DNA of 64,000 nucleotides, from assembly GCA_046483985.1 (NCBI GenBank), contig JAWOCD010000039.1, positions 45,054 through 109,053 on the forward strand, written 5' to 3'. A program made the translations under genes and the position numbers. This DNA is from Promethearchaeia archaeon. GTDB lineage: Archaea > Asgardarchaeota > Lokiarchaeia > Sigyniarchaeales > SOKP01. A model generated the notes under the pieces. That model worked only from the letters and a program-made list of their open reading frames with translations. It was not told the DNA's origin and searched no databases. Positions 50,076 to 59,303 of this stretch are shown piece after piece (the stretch's first letter is position 1; the number at the start of each line of letters is the position of its first letter).

Positions 50076-50447
50076 ATGCACGAATTTGCGTTTGCGTATA
50101 ACATTTTTCAAGTTGCCGAATCCACAGCGAAGAAATACAATGCTAAGAGAATTACCAAGGTATATTTGGAGATTGGAGAATTAACTCTCATCGTCCCTGA
50201 ACTTTTAAAACAATCTTTTGAAATGGCAACCAAGGGCTCCATTGCGGAAGGAGCGGAATTGGAGATTGAATTTACCCCTGGAAAAATTAAATGTAACGAT
50301 TGTGGAAAGGTTTCTGTAGTGGATATCACGAAAGAAGCTAAACTTACAGGGCTCCAATTATTTTCGTGTAAACACTGTGGGAGTAAGGATAGCGAAATTA
50401 TTGAAGGGAAAAAAGCTAACGTCAAAAACATTTCTATTAAGGAATAA
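50076..50447 (+). CDS. hypA: Hydrogenase maturation nickel metallochaperone
   Basis: MHE start, IGEL, two CxxC. Confidence 0.95.
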   Translation: MHEFAFAYNIFQVAESTAKKYNAKRITKVYLEIGELTLIVPELLKQSFEMATKGSIAEGAELEIEFTPGKIKCNDCGKVSVVDITKEAKLTGLQLFSCKHCGSKDSEIIEGKKANVKNISIKE

Positions 50448-50604
50448 AAAGAAGAAAGGATTTATGTGGGGATTCATCACCGTCCTAACGGATGCACCTT
50501 TCTCACCCTAATATTGGAAAATAAGTTTGATGGTTAGTGTGGAAGATAATATAAAAATGAATGGAATTCTGGAAAAAAGTCGATATTATAAAAATTGAGA
50601 ATAT

Positions 50605-50985
50605 CTATTGAACTAACACGCCATTAACTTGCCCATCTTGTCCTGGACGACTGGTAATTCTAACATTTCCGAGTTCTGTATCAACAATTGCCCCTTTCGT
50701 TAAAACATGCCGTCTGTTTAAGTCTTTTGAAGCTTTATTACTGACAAAATCTAAAATTTCTACTTTTTGCGTTTCATTGCTGTTTGGGTCTGTTACGTTA
50801 ATGTAAGAAGTCGAAAAGAGTTTTATTTTTGTGTTCCCTCCTAATACCCGTTGCCTTTTCTTTTTTTCCTTATCAATAAGGGTATGGATCGGATCTCGGT
50901 CTAATTCTCGTTTCCTCTTCTTTCTAAATTTCCGATATTTCTTTCCACTTGATTTTCTCTTGCTTCGTGCTTGTTCTCTTGCCAT
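50605..50985 (-). CDS. rps8e: 30S ribosomal protein S8e
   Basis: RSKRKSSG, LTKGAIV, TSRPGQDG.VNG. Confidence 0.97.
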   Translation of the reverse strand: MAREQARSKRKSSGKKYRKFRKKRKRELDRDPIHTLIDKEKKKRQRVLGGNTKIKLFSTSYINVTDPNSNETQKVEILDFVSNKASKDLNRRHVLTKGAIVDTELGNVRITSRPGQDGQVNGVLVQ

Positions 50986-51165
50986 AAAATCTCAACTTAA
51001 ATATTTCTTATAAAAAAATAAATGAAACAAATCTTTAAAATTTTTTCTCTTCCATAATGGTTTCACCAGTTTTTAATTTATGAGACAAAAATAAATAAAG
51101 TTCAAAAATTTTAATACAATATAATTATATAACTATTAATATTACCAATTTGGAAAAAACTAAAA

Positions 51166-51804
51166 ATGTTAGAAAAAGGAAATCAACTCCCTCAAATAAA
51201 TGAAGCAAAATTAAAACAAATTGAATCAAAAACTACAACGGTCGGTATTATCGTAAAAGACGGAGTAGTAATCGGAACTGAGTCTCAAGCCACTGCGGGA
51301 TATACGGTTGCCACAAAAACTGCTCAAAAGTTATTTAAGATTAATGATTTTAACGCTGCGACTATTTCGGGAGGGGTAGCAGACTGTCAATATGTAGTCA
51401 ATCAAATTAGAGCTCTCTCAAAATTAAGAGAAGTTGAAAAGAATAAAGTGCCAGAGCCTAAATATATTGCTAATGTAACCAGGAATATACTATATCAAGG
51501 TCGGTCATTCTATTTATCGATGATGATTATTGGTGGATATTCCAAGAAGGAAGAAAAAGGAAAATTGTATGGTATTGATCTTTTAGGAACGCTTTATGAG
51601 GAGGAAAATTTCATTTCATTTGGTTCTGGATCAACCTTTACTCTGGGTATCTTAGAAAGCGATTGGAAACCGAAAATGAATAAAGAGGATGGAATTGAAT
51701 TAATAAAAACAGCTATTAGGAGCTCAAAAAGTCGCGATGCTGCCTCTGGGTTTGATATTCAGATATCTACCATCACTAAAGACGGATACGAAAAAATCCA
51801 ATAA
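51166..51804 (+). CDS. psmB: Proteasome beta subunit
   Basis: TTTVG, GGVAD, GSGS, RDAASG. Confidence 0.93.
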   Translation: MLEKGNQLPQINEAKLKQIESKTTTVGIIVKDGVVIGTESQATAGYTVATKTAQKLFKINDFNAATISGGVADCQYVVNQIRALSKLREVEKNKVPEPKYIANVTRNILYQGRSFYLSMMIIGGYSKKEEKGKLYGIDLLGTLYEEENFISFGSGSTFTLGILESDWKPKMNKEDGIELIKTAIRSSKSRDAASGFDIQISTITKDGYEKIQ

Positions 51805-51830
51805 AAATATCTTTTTAACACATAATTCTA

Positions 51831-52310
51831 TTAACTTGCTATCTTTACATCTATTTTTAGGAATTCTTTCTGAAAGTATATAAATCCATTAAGTTCTTGG
51901 GTTTTTGCGTCCATAATAGTCCATATTTGATTCTTAAATGCCCGATTTCCGCAATTATCCAGAAATCTCATATTTTTTGTGTCGACCCCGCTTGGATAGG
52001 CTCCCGAAGGATGTGAATGAAAGATACTAATTAAACGCAGATGATATTCTTCAAATGCATTTTGAAAGACGCGGTTAAGTTCTTCGAAATTGTCCATTAG
52101 GAAACTAACATGACTCTTTTTGTTTGATTCAATACATTCAAACTTTTTGGCAATATAATGATATTGGAATCCCGAGTCTACTTCTACTTCCTTAATCTCT
52201 CCAAAGACTAATCCACATGCTTCATTGGGTTCTGCATTCCTCACACATTCTTTTATTTTATTAAAAAGTGGCTGATTTATGAAAATTTTAATGTCTTTTT
52301 GAAATTCCAT
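51831..52310 (-). CDS. JAMM/MPN+ metalloprotease (desampylase/deubiquitinase-like)
   Basis: PNEACG and HSHP....PS..D motif. Confidence 0.92.
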   Translation of the reverse strand: MEFQKDIKIFINQPLFNKIKECVRNAEPNEACGLVFGEIKEVEVDSGFQYHYIAKKFECIESNKKSHVSFLMDNFEELNRVFQNAFEEYHLRLISIFHSHPSGAYPSGVDTKNMRFLDNCGNRAFKNQIWTIMDAKTQELNGFIYFQKEFLKIDVKIAS

Positions 52311-52343
52311 TTTAACATCTCTGGGTTTTAATTTATTTAATTT

Positions 52344-53012
52344 CTAATCTTTTTCATTAAGCAACGTCAAAGCTGCATTATATGCAGATAAACGGGCAAC
52401 CTCTGGACTTTCAGCTAGCCCGATAATAATTACATCATTTTCTTCTAAATTTTTATTTGTTTTCTTTTGAAAATAGTTTTGAACCTTATCACTTACCTTC
52501 ATCTTCTCTTTATCAGATTGAGTCATATAACTGAGGGAAAAACTAAGCTTTCCTTCGTTAACCACAAGACAAGAGGCTCCTAATCCGCCAATTTTGATAG
52601 CGGCATCCCTTTGTTCCATACCGTTATCAACTTTATCCCCAACATCCTTTACAAAGCAATAATATGCACTTTCATTTTCATATTCTACAATTACATCTCT
52701 AAGTTCTTTCAAATCAGCAGATTTAATCAATGGAATTTTTTTTTTGATAGTCTTCAAGAACTCTTTACCCTTATCAGTAAGTATATGCCCTTTTCGCTGA
52801 CCCGATACGCAAATGAAGTCTAATTTTTTCTTTAATTTATTCACCAGAGACCGGGCTGTTCCTGAACCGATATTCAACTCTGATTTGAGTCTATATCGTC
52901 CCAATCCTTGGGGATGTTCTGCAAATAAATATAAAGCCAAAACTGCATGCGCTCGGGAAAAAGAAGGTTTTATAGTTTCACTTTCAAATAATTTATCTAA
53001 TTTTTTCAGCAT
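52344..53012 (-). CDS. Winged-helix protein with DUF4443-like C-terminal domain
   Basis: LGRYRLKSELNIGSGTARSL HTH, GHILTDKG, GMEQRDAAIKIG. Confidence 0.75.
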   Translation of the reverse strand: MLKKLDKLFESETIKPSFSRAHAVLALYLFAEHPQGLGRYRLKSELNIGSGTARSLVNKLKKKLDFICVSGQRKGHILTDKGKEFLKTIKKKIPLIKSADLKELRDVIVEYENESAYYCFVKDVGDKVDNGMEQRDAAIKIGGLGASCLVVNEGKLSFSLSYMTQSDKEKMKVSDKVQNYFQKKTNKNLEENDVIIIGLAESPEVARLSAYNAALTLLNEKD

Positions 53013-53113
53013 TGTAAAAAACTACCTTACCTTATGTCAATAAAAAGCTTTATTATTTTTAAAAAAATATATTAAATTAGTAAGAAAATAATTTTTTCTT
53101 CGGCGAATGATAA

Positions 53114-54130
53114 TTGGAAAATGGAAATTTTATGAGTAGCGAGAATTTAAAAAGTAAAGAGAAGAACGATAAACCAAAAATAAGTAATTTAATTCTCTTT
53201 AAATCCTACAAAAATAAAACAAAAGAAGCAGAAATCACCCGCTATGAAAATATTGATCAAGAAAACAAAATAAAATTGGTTCATAAATTATATCCTCATG
53301 CGGGCTCCTATCTGTTTTCAGTTCTTATTATTAATCAATCTTCAGCGCCTATTACGGAGGTAAAGATTAAAGTGAGATATCCGGATTATCTTAATGTTAT
53401 CCGATATACACCTCCAAGACTAGAGTCAGAGCAGCTGAATACGGAAGAAGATTCAGAGAAACAAATTAATATTGGGTTTGATCAATTGGCGGAGAAAAGT
53501 AAAAAACAGATCAATTTTTATTTTAAACCAATAAATTTAAACAACAAGGGTAAAATAACGCTCTTTTCAAGCTTTGTTAACAGTAAAGATTATGTGAGAG
53601 TTTTAAACGCAGAACCCGTGGCTATTCACGCAAAACAAATTGGTGGAATCGAACCTAAAATAATTCCAAGTAATTCCATTGAAGAATTTTACAATAATAA
53701 AGAGGTTAAAAAGGCAATTCGTAGTTTTGGAGTTGCAGCTAATGAGAATTTGGATTTATATTTTAATTATGCAGAACAAATTCTAAAGGCTCATCACCTT
53801 CAACTGATTACCAAGGATGAAGGGAAGAGGATTGCATGGTTCTTCGGGAGGGAATTAGATTCTTTAAAAGATATTTTAGCAGTTGGACGTATTGTATCTA
53901 ATAAAATTGAATTTCTCTGTGCTTCAAAGAATGCCGAAATTTTGGTTTCCTTACTTACCAATCTTTCAAATGCGCTCAAAAAACGGCTCATGGCAACGGG
54001 AATTATTGATTCTGTGGATCAAATTTATGAATTAATCTGTTATAATTGTGGAAATCCCCTCCCTCTCTTTCCAGAACGGGGATCTCCGGTAGAATGCTCT
54101 AAGTGTGGTGAAGAAAACTTAATTTGGTAA
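53114..54130 (+). CDS. Putative adaptin/coatomer appendage-like protein (Ig sandwich plus platform) with C-terminal zinc ribbon
   Basis: Beta-rich domain (FSVLIINQSSAPITEVKI), linker IEPKIIP..EEF, alpha/beta region (AWFFG..DILAVG..ASKN..LVSLL), CYNCG..CSKCG; fold is inferred. Confidence 0.6.
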   Translation: MENGNFMSSENLKSKEKNDKPKISNLILFKSYKNKTKEAEITRYENIDQENKIKLVHKLYPHAGSYLFSVLIINQSSAPITEVKIKVRYPDYLNVIRYTPPRLESEQLNTEEDSEKQINIGFDQLAEKSKKQINFYFKPINLNNKGKITLFSSFVNSKDYVRVLNAEPVAIHAKQIGGIEPKIIPSNSIEEFYNNKEVKKAIRSFGVAANENLDLYFNYAEQILKAHHLQLITKDEGKRIAWFFGRELDSLKDILAVGRIVSNKIEFLCASKNAEILVSLLTNLSNALKKRLMATGIIDSVDQIYELICYNCGNPLPLFPERGSPVECSKCGEENLIW

Positions 54131-54268
54131 CTTCTTTTAATTTATTTTTCTTTAATTAATTTATGAAATTCTCTGTTTAGCCTTCATTTTTCTTCCTTCA
54201 TAATCCTAATTAATTATTTTAAATTATATTTCATCAAATTATTTTTAAATTACTCCATCCGAGAGAAA

Positions 54269-56644
54269 ATGAAGCTGCAAAAGTTATTTATGGGCAAAAG
54301 CAAATTGGTAATTATTGGGGCGCTGATGCTTATGTCCTTTTTTATCCTCCTTCCTAATTTTGTTTATGTCATTCAGTGGCAACAAGCACCATTCACTCAA
54401 AAAGAAGTGGTTATCACTAATGTATCCTATAAGAGCGAGCCGACTTCCGCTACTGACGGAAATCTTATTGCGGGACAATTATTTCAACCTTCTCCCAAAT
54501 TTTCAAATGAAAAGCATCCTGCAGTCATTGCATGTCATGGGTTTTTAGCGGGGGCGGGAAAAGAATCCATGAATAGGTGGTGTGTTGAAGTAGCAAAGCG
54601 TGGATTTGTGGTTTTGTCCATCGATCTACCAGGTCATGGGATGAGTATCGGGGAGATGGATATTTTGCCGCGTAATTCGGTGGAGCCTTATATTATCTCT
54701 GATGGGATTAATTATTTAAAGAATCATAATTTCGTGGATGTTTCCAATGTAGGGCTTATGGGGATTAGCTATGGGGGTGCAACAGTTGCGCTCTCCGCAG
54801 GCGTATTAGGAGATAAAGTTGATGCAACCGTTTCCATGAATGGATTTACGAACTTTACCCACTGGTTAATCCACGGGATATTACCCGAAAACAATGTTAC
54901 CTTTTCGGTCCATGAAGATTTCATCGAGTTAGAAAAGGCTGGAGAAGATGAATTTACGCCGGACAATATTAAGGATTTGTTGAGAGTCTATGAATTATAT
55001 CGGGGAGATGATGAGGACCTCGAAGATTTAATTATTCCTGGGACTACCCGACTGGATAGAATCTTTCTGAAAGAGTTTGACGCGGTTGAGGATTTACCCA
55101 ATGCTAAAAATCAATCCGTGATGTTCATTGACTCCTTGCGGCAAGGCACTTTTGACTATACAAACCAGTCCAGCCTGGGCTATGAGGCTGTGATTGATGC
55201 CGAAAAGGAAGCATATTATGTTCCCGTGGATGATAATCATCAACTCATGGACGACCCCAACTATACTTCCGATTATTGTATTATCAATTTTTTCGAAGAG
55301 CGATTGAAGGGCGTGGATCTGGGGGAGGTGGGAGATGAGTTTGCCGATGATTTTGAAAAGTATTCACAAGAGCGGGATATTGAACTGACCTATTCTAAGA
55401 TGTTTGGGTTTGGGTTATTTAGTCAATGTATTGGTTATTTTTTCCTCTCATTTTTACCCGTTCTTGCCGTAGTGTTCATTCTTGTCTATAATAAACGGTT
55501 TACCACTCACCGGGCGCAGCAAGAGAAACGGATTCTCAAACTCAAGCAAGAGGATAAGAATTTTATGGACTTCTCATTTGGGCGCGGATCTTACTTCAAG
55601 ACCATCTTATATGTCTTGCTTTTGTATATGGTTGCCTTTTTGGCTATGATTGCTGGATCACTGGGATTTTTTTCTCCCCTTATCATGGGTACGCTCTGTG
55701 GGATATTCTACTTGATAATGTTTCTTGCCTTATACTATGTACCGGACCGAGCAGAGGTGGACCTATGGGATAGTATGAAAACCGAGGAGAGGTTCAGAGA
55801 AGGGATTTATCCCTCTTTAGAGCCGGAAACACAATCGAAGATATTCGATGTCAATGCGCTTTTTTTACTTCTTGCCCTGTTCGGAATTGTTGGTTTAATT
55901 GCATTGTTAGGATTTAGTTCTGCTTGGCTTCCGAGTGTGTTTTTTCTGCCTTTAGAACCAATCTTTCGGACGATGTTTCTTACTGGGGTTTGTGCCCTCT
56001 TAGGAGGGCTAATTATGATATGGTTGTTATCTATCTGGGAACGAAGAGGGGAATATAGAAAAATGCGTAACGAAGGAGGTACTTTTTTTCACAGTTTGCG
56101 ATTAGTAAAATGGTACCAGGTGGATTTATCAAAATATTCTATTGTAAAAAGCATCACGTTTGGGAGCGTGTTATACTTGGCATTTTTCTTTCAATGGAAC
56201 ATTTGGACATTTTATATGAAGTTTCCCATGATGATAGCGCCGCATTCCTTGTATTTCATTTATATGGCATCGAGTGTCTTGTTGTTTTTCGGCGGAATGG
56301 AATTTTTGGTGCAAATTTTTAAAGAGAAAGTCTTAAAAGACCATATTCGCATTAGGTTTCCCGAATCTTCTCGGAAGGGACTCTTTCGATTGATTGTTAT
56401 TGAGATAGTTGCAGCTTTTTTCGCCCTTTTTATTTATGTGATGGTCGGTTTTATAGCCTTTGCTCCTATTTTAAGTTTTTCTCTCTTCGGAAACTTAAGC
56501 TGGCTCTTAGCGGGGTTTTTTGCCCTTATTTACATCGCTAAAAGAATTTTGAATATTTTCTATCCCGATAAAACCCAGTTTGCTTTAACGATTTTTGTGC
56601 CGTTCTTGCTTTTTACTATCCTAGCCTATTTCTTGCATATTTAA
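54269..56644 (+). CDS. Alpha/beta hydrolase fused to a multi-TM domain
   Basis: CHGF, IDLPGHG, GISYGG nucleophile elbow; about 10 C-terminal TM helices. Confidence 0.85.
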   Translation: MKLQKLFMGKSKLVIIGALMLMSFFILLPNFVYVIQWQQAPFTQKEVVITNVSYKSEPTSATDGNLIAGQLFQPSPKFSNEKHPAVIACHGFLAGAGKESMNRWCVEVAKRGFVVLSIDLPGHGMSIGEMDILPRNSVEPYIISDGINYLKNHNFVDVSNVGLMGISYGGATVALSAGVLGDKVDATVSMNGFTNFTHWLIHGILPENNVTFSVHEDFIELEKAGEDEFTPDNIKDLLRVYELYRGDDEDLEDLIIPGTTRLDRIFLKEFDAVEDLPNAKNQSVMFIDSLRQGTFDYTNQSSLGYEAVIDAEKEAYYVPVDDNHQLMDDPNYTSDYCIINFFEERLKGVDLGEVGDEFADDFEKYSQERDIELTYSKMFGFGLFSQCIGYFFLSFLPVLAVVFILVYNKRFTTHRAQQEKRILKLKQEDKNFMDFSFGRGSYFKTILYVLLLYMVAFLAMIAGSLGFFSPLIMGTLCGIFYLIMFLALYYVPDRAEVDLWDSMKTEERFREGIYPSLEPETQSKIFDVNALFLLLALFGIVGLIALLGFSSAWLPSVFFLPLEPIFRTMFLTGVCALLGGLIMIWLLSIWERRGEYRKMRNEGGTFFHSLRLVKWYQVDLSKYSIVKSITFGSVLYLAFFFQWNIWTFYMKFPMMIAPHSLYFIYMASSVLLFFGGMEFLVQIFKEKVLKDHIRIRFPESSRKGLFRLIVIEIVAAFFALFIYVMVGFIAFAPILSFSLFGNLSWLLAGFFALIYIAKRILNIFYPDKTQFALTIFVPFLLFTILAYFLHI

Positions 56645-57144
56645 TATAATTTCTTTTTTCCTTTTTTCCTTCATTTTTTACGAATCAAATATATTTTTCT
56701 AATTTCCTCTATAAATCTCTTATTGACATTCGATATATCTATGATCTCATTCTATGGACGGGATTTTGTTTTATTTTTTCTGAAATTTTAAATCTTATTT
56801 CATTCAAAAACTTACAATCCAGAGTCCGAGAATTTCACAAAAATTCATAATACTTTTTAATTATAAATTTTCAAGCCCGATATTTATCTTAAATCGTCAA
56901 TTACCTTTAGTATGCCCATATTTTTGGAGAGAATGCTTTAAAGATAAAACTTCCCTAACTTTTCTGAGAACAACTATCTCAACGAATCCGATTTTGTCGG
57001 TAATTTTTTTGCAATTTTTTCTTCCTACATCGGTAAATTTAGCATAATCTTTAAATATATGAAAGACTATATGATATATAATTATCTCAAATAAAATAAG
57101 TAATTCAAAAACAATTTATTATCAAAGTGGAGGAATAAAAAAAA

Positions 57145-57354
57145 ATGGCACAATATATTAGTTGGTCTCCTATCCGACGCCTGATGAAACACAACGGAGC
57201 AGAAATCGTTGCACGAGATGCAGTTGATGAGCTTATTGATTGGATGCAAAAAGCGGCTCAACAACTTACCAAAACGGCGTTAAGATTCACAAAACAAGCA
57301 GGCAGGAAGAAAGTAACAAGAGGAGACATCAAACTCGCGATTAAGTACTTCTAA
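57145..57354 (+). CDS. Archaeal histone
   Basis: SPIRRLMK..GA..VARDAV..AGRKKVTRGDIKLA histone fold, 69 aa, no tail. Confidence 0.95.
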   Translation: MAQYISWSPIRRLMKHNGAEIVARDAVDELIDWMQKAAQQLTKTALRFTKQAGRKKVTRGDIKLAIKYF

Positions 57355-57874
57355 GATCGCAATCGGGACGAGGAAATTCACTAAAAAACCTCGCACCGCA
57401 ATACAAACTAACTTTTTTTTCTTTTTTTAAATTTTGGTCTGCTCACTGCATTTTTCGGATTGGGAAGGTCATCTCCTTGGTATATGAATTAAAAAATTTT
57501 TTTTGATTGAGATATCTTCGAATTCATTAATCTCCTAACCCCTAATCCTAATTTAGAAGCCTCATAAAACAAGAGAGAAACCCTTCTAAATTTAAATGTT
57601 GATTTAATTGTATCGTTGTCATTAAATCTGAGGATCAACCTAAAAAATCTAGAAGTTCAGAAATAAGAAAAAAGAAATAACTTACTTTAGTTTGATTGAG
57701 TGGCTGGATTCTCGGACGATTCTTACACATTCTTTTTTTTAATAATCTCTCTTTTTTCTCCTTATGCTTTTCTTGTAATGTTGTCTTAATCTCAGCGATA
57801 TTTTCTCTGTGGAGCGAGTATAGATAGATAAAGATCAGACTTTCATAAATTTAGTCATTTAACTTCCAACCAAA

Positions 57875-58990
57875 TTAATTTTGCTCAGACCGTCCTTTAT
57901 CGTTAAACAATGCTTTCACGTTATTTTCTGAAAGAAATAACGAAATTGCAACGGGAAATGCCAACATCCAAAATATAATATTAATTACAATCGCAATTTT
58001 TCTACAAATATTGCTTTTAAATAATAATCCAATAGAAGCAATTACCAAAGTTCCTGAAATAAATAATATGGTAGAGCCCAAGAACCGAATAGTAAATCGT
58101 ATGTCTGCAATTTCTTCACCTAACTTGCTTGCCAGCGGGGAGGCGATAATATCTGTCTGTACAAGGGCAATGGTTGAAATAAGTATTAAAATTAAAGCAA
58201 ACAAGATTGAGATAAAAGCGACTATTTTTAATAGGAGTCCTCTCTCTATTTTAGGAACTTCAGATTCCTTGTTAGGATTATCCTTGACATCTTTAGCTGC
58301 GTAAAGGAGCAAAGAGAGAGGTATCAACACATAGAGAATAGAGTGAAATATAACTCCAACCTCTCGCTCCCCTAAAAATGCCTCAACACCAATCGTAAAG
58401 ATGACAATTAATGAAAGAGAAGTAATACCAATAAATAATTTAAATGTTTCCCTAAATCCTTTCTTCAAGCAATAGAAAGAAATTACAATGGAAAGAATTA
58501 CGATTGCATAACCAATAAGTATCAAAGGATCTAATACATGATAAGCATCACCACCCCAAGATAGCAAATCTTCATGCTGCAGACTCAGACCCGGCCAAAA
58601 AGTTATATTCCTATCCCAATGATAGAACTGGTCAATAAATTTGTGGAGAATCCCTCCGGACACACATAAGAAATATGAGTTTTTCCAATTTACCTCCCGA
58701 ATTTCTTCGTCAACAAATCTAAGTCCGAATTTTGAGCCTGTTTTTTTCTTTAATGAAAATCGCGAGAGGTATGAGTAGAATAGCGATAGGGGGATTGCAA
58801 AGATTAAAAATCCTAAGAGATTATGAAACGGCAATCCAACCCAGATATGTGCCGCGTCTGGACCCACGAAATTATTAGCCAGAAAAATAAATGCAACCTT
58901 GTAGTTGAATTTGTTCTCATCATCTTCCGTAAAATAAAAGAGTGGAATAATGAAACATAAGCCATATATGATGTGACCAATCCAAGGCAT
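57875..58990 (-). CDS. Membrane-bound metal-dependent hydrolase-like protein (YdjM-like)
   Basis: GH near the start, GPD, FHNL, HKFID; many TM helices. Confidence 0.65.
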   Translation of the reverse strand: MPWIGHIIYGLCFIIPLFYFTEDDENKFNYKVAFIFLANNFVGPDAAHIWVGLPFHNLLGFLIFAIPLSLFYSYLSRFSLKKKTGSKFGLRFVDEEIREVNWKNSYFLCVSGGILHKFIDQFYHWDRNITFWPGLSLQHEDLLSWGGDAYHVLDPLILIGYAIVILSIVISFYCLKKGFRETFKLFIGITSLSLIVIFTIGVEAFLGEREVGVIFHSILYVLIPLSLLLYAAKDVKDNPNKESEVPKIERGLLLKIVAFISILFALILILISTIALVQTDIIASPLASKLGEEIADIRFTIRFLGSTILFISGTLVIASIGLLFKSNICRKIAIVINIIFWMLAFPVAISLFLSENNVKALFNDKGRSEQN

Positions 58991-59303
58991 ATTAACCACG
59001 ATTAAAATTTTAATGGATGAGTTTGATAAAAATTATAGATTCCTATTGTTCAAAAAATTTTGGGTTCTACCAATATTATTAACCCATTAATAATTAATAC
59101 CCGACTCTATAGTCCATAATCTTCAAGTTTTTATAAAGAAAAAATACTTAAAAAACTCTCTAACTCCGATCTTGGATATTTGTGCTTATAAGAAGGACAT
59201 TATAAGCTTCTCTTCCAAAATAAATTAATAATTTTTAAAAACTCGTTAAAACGATAGTTAAAGACGCAGTTTAATAATCCTAATAATAATTAAAATTGGA
59301 GAA

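Noticed and set aside
50466-50510. SRP RNA or SECIS near srp19/hypA
   Set aside because: Far too short for SRP RNA; no proper SECIS stem and no UGA-containing neighbour.
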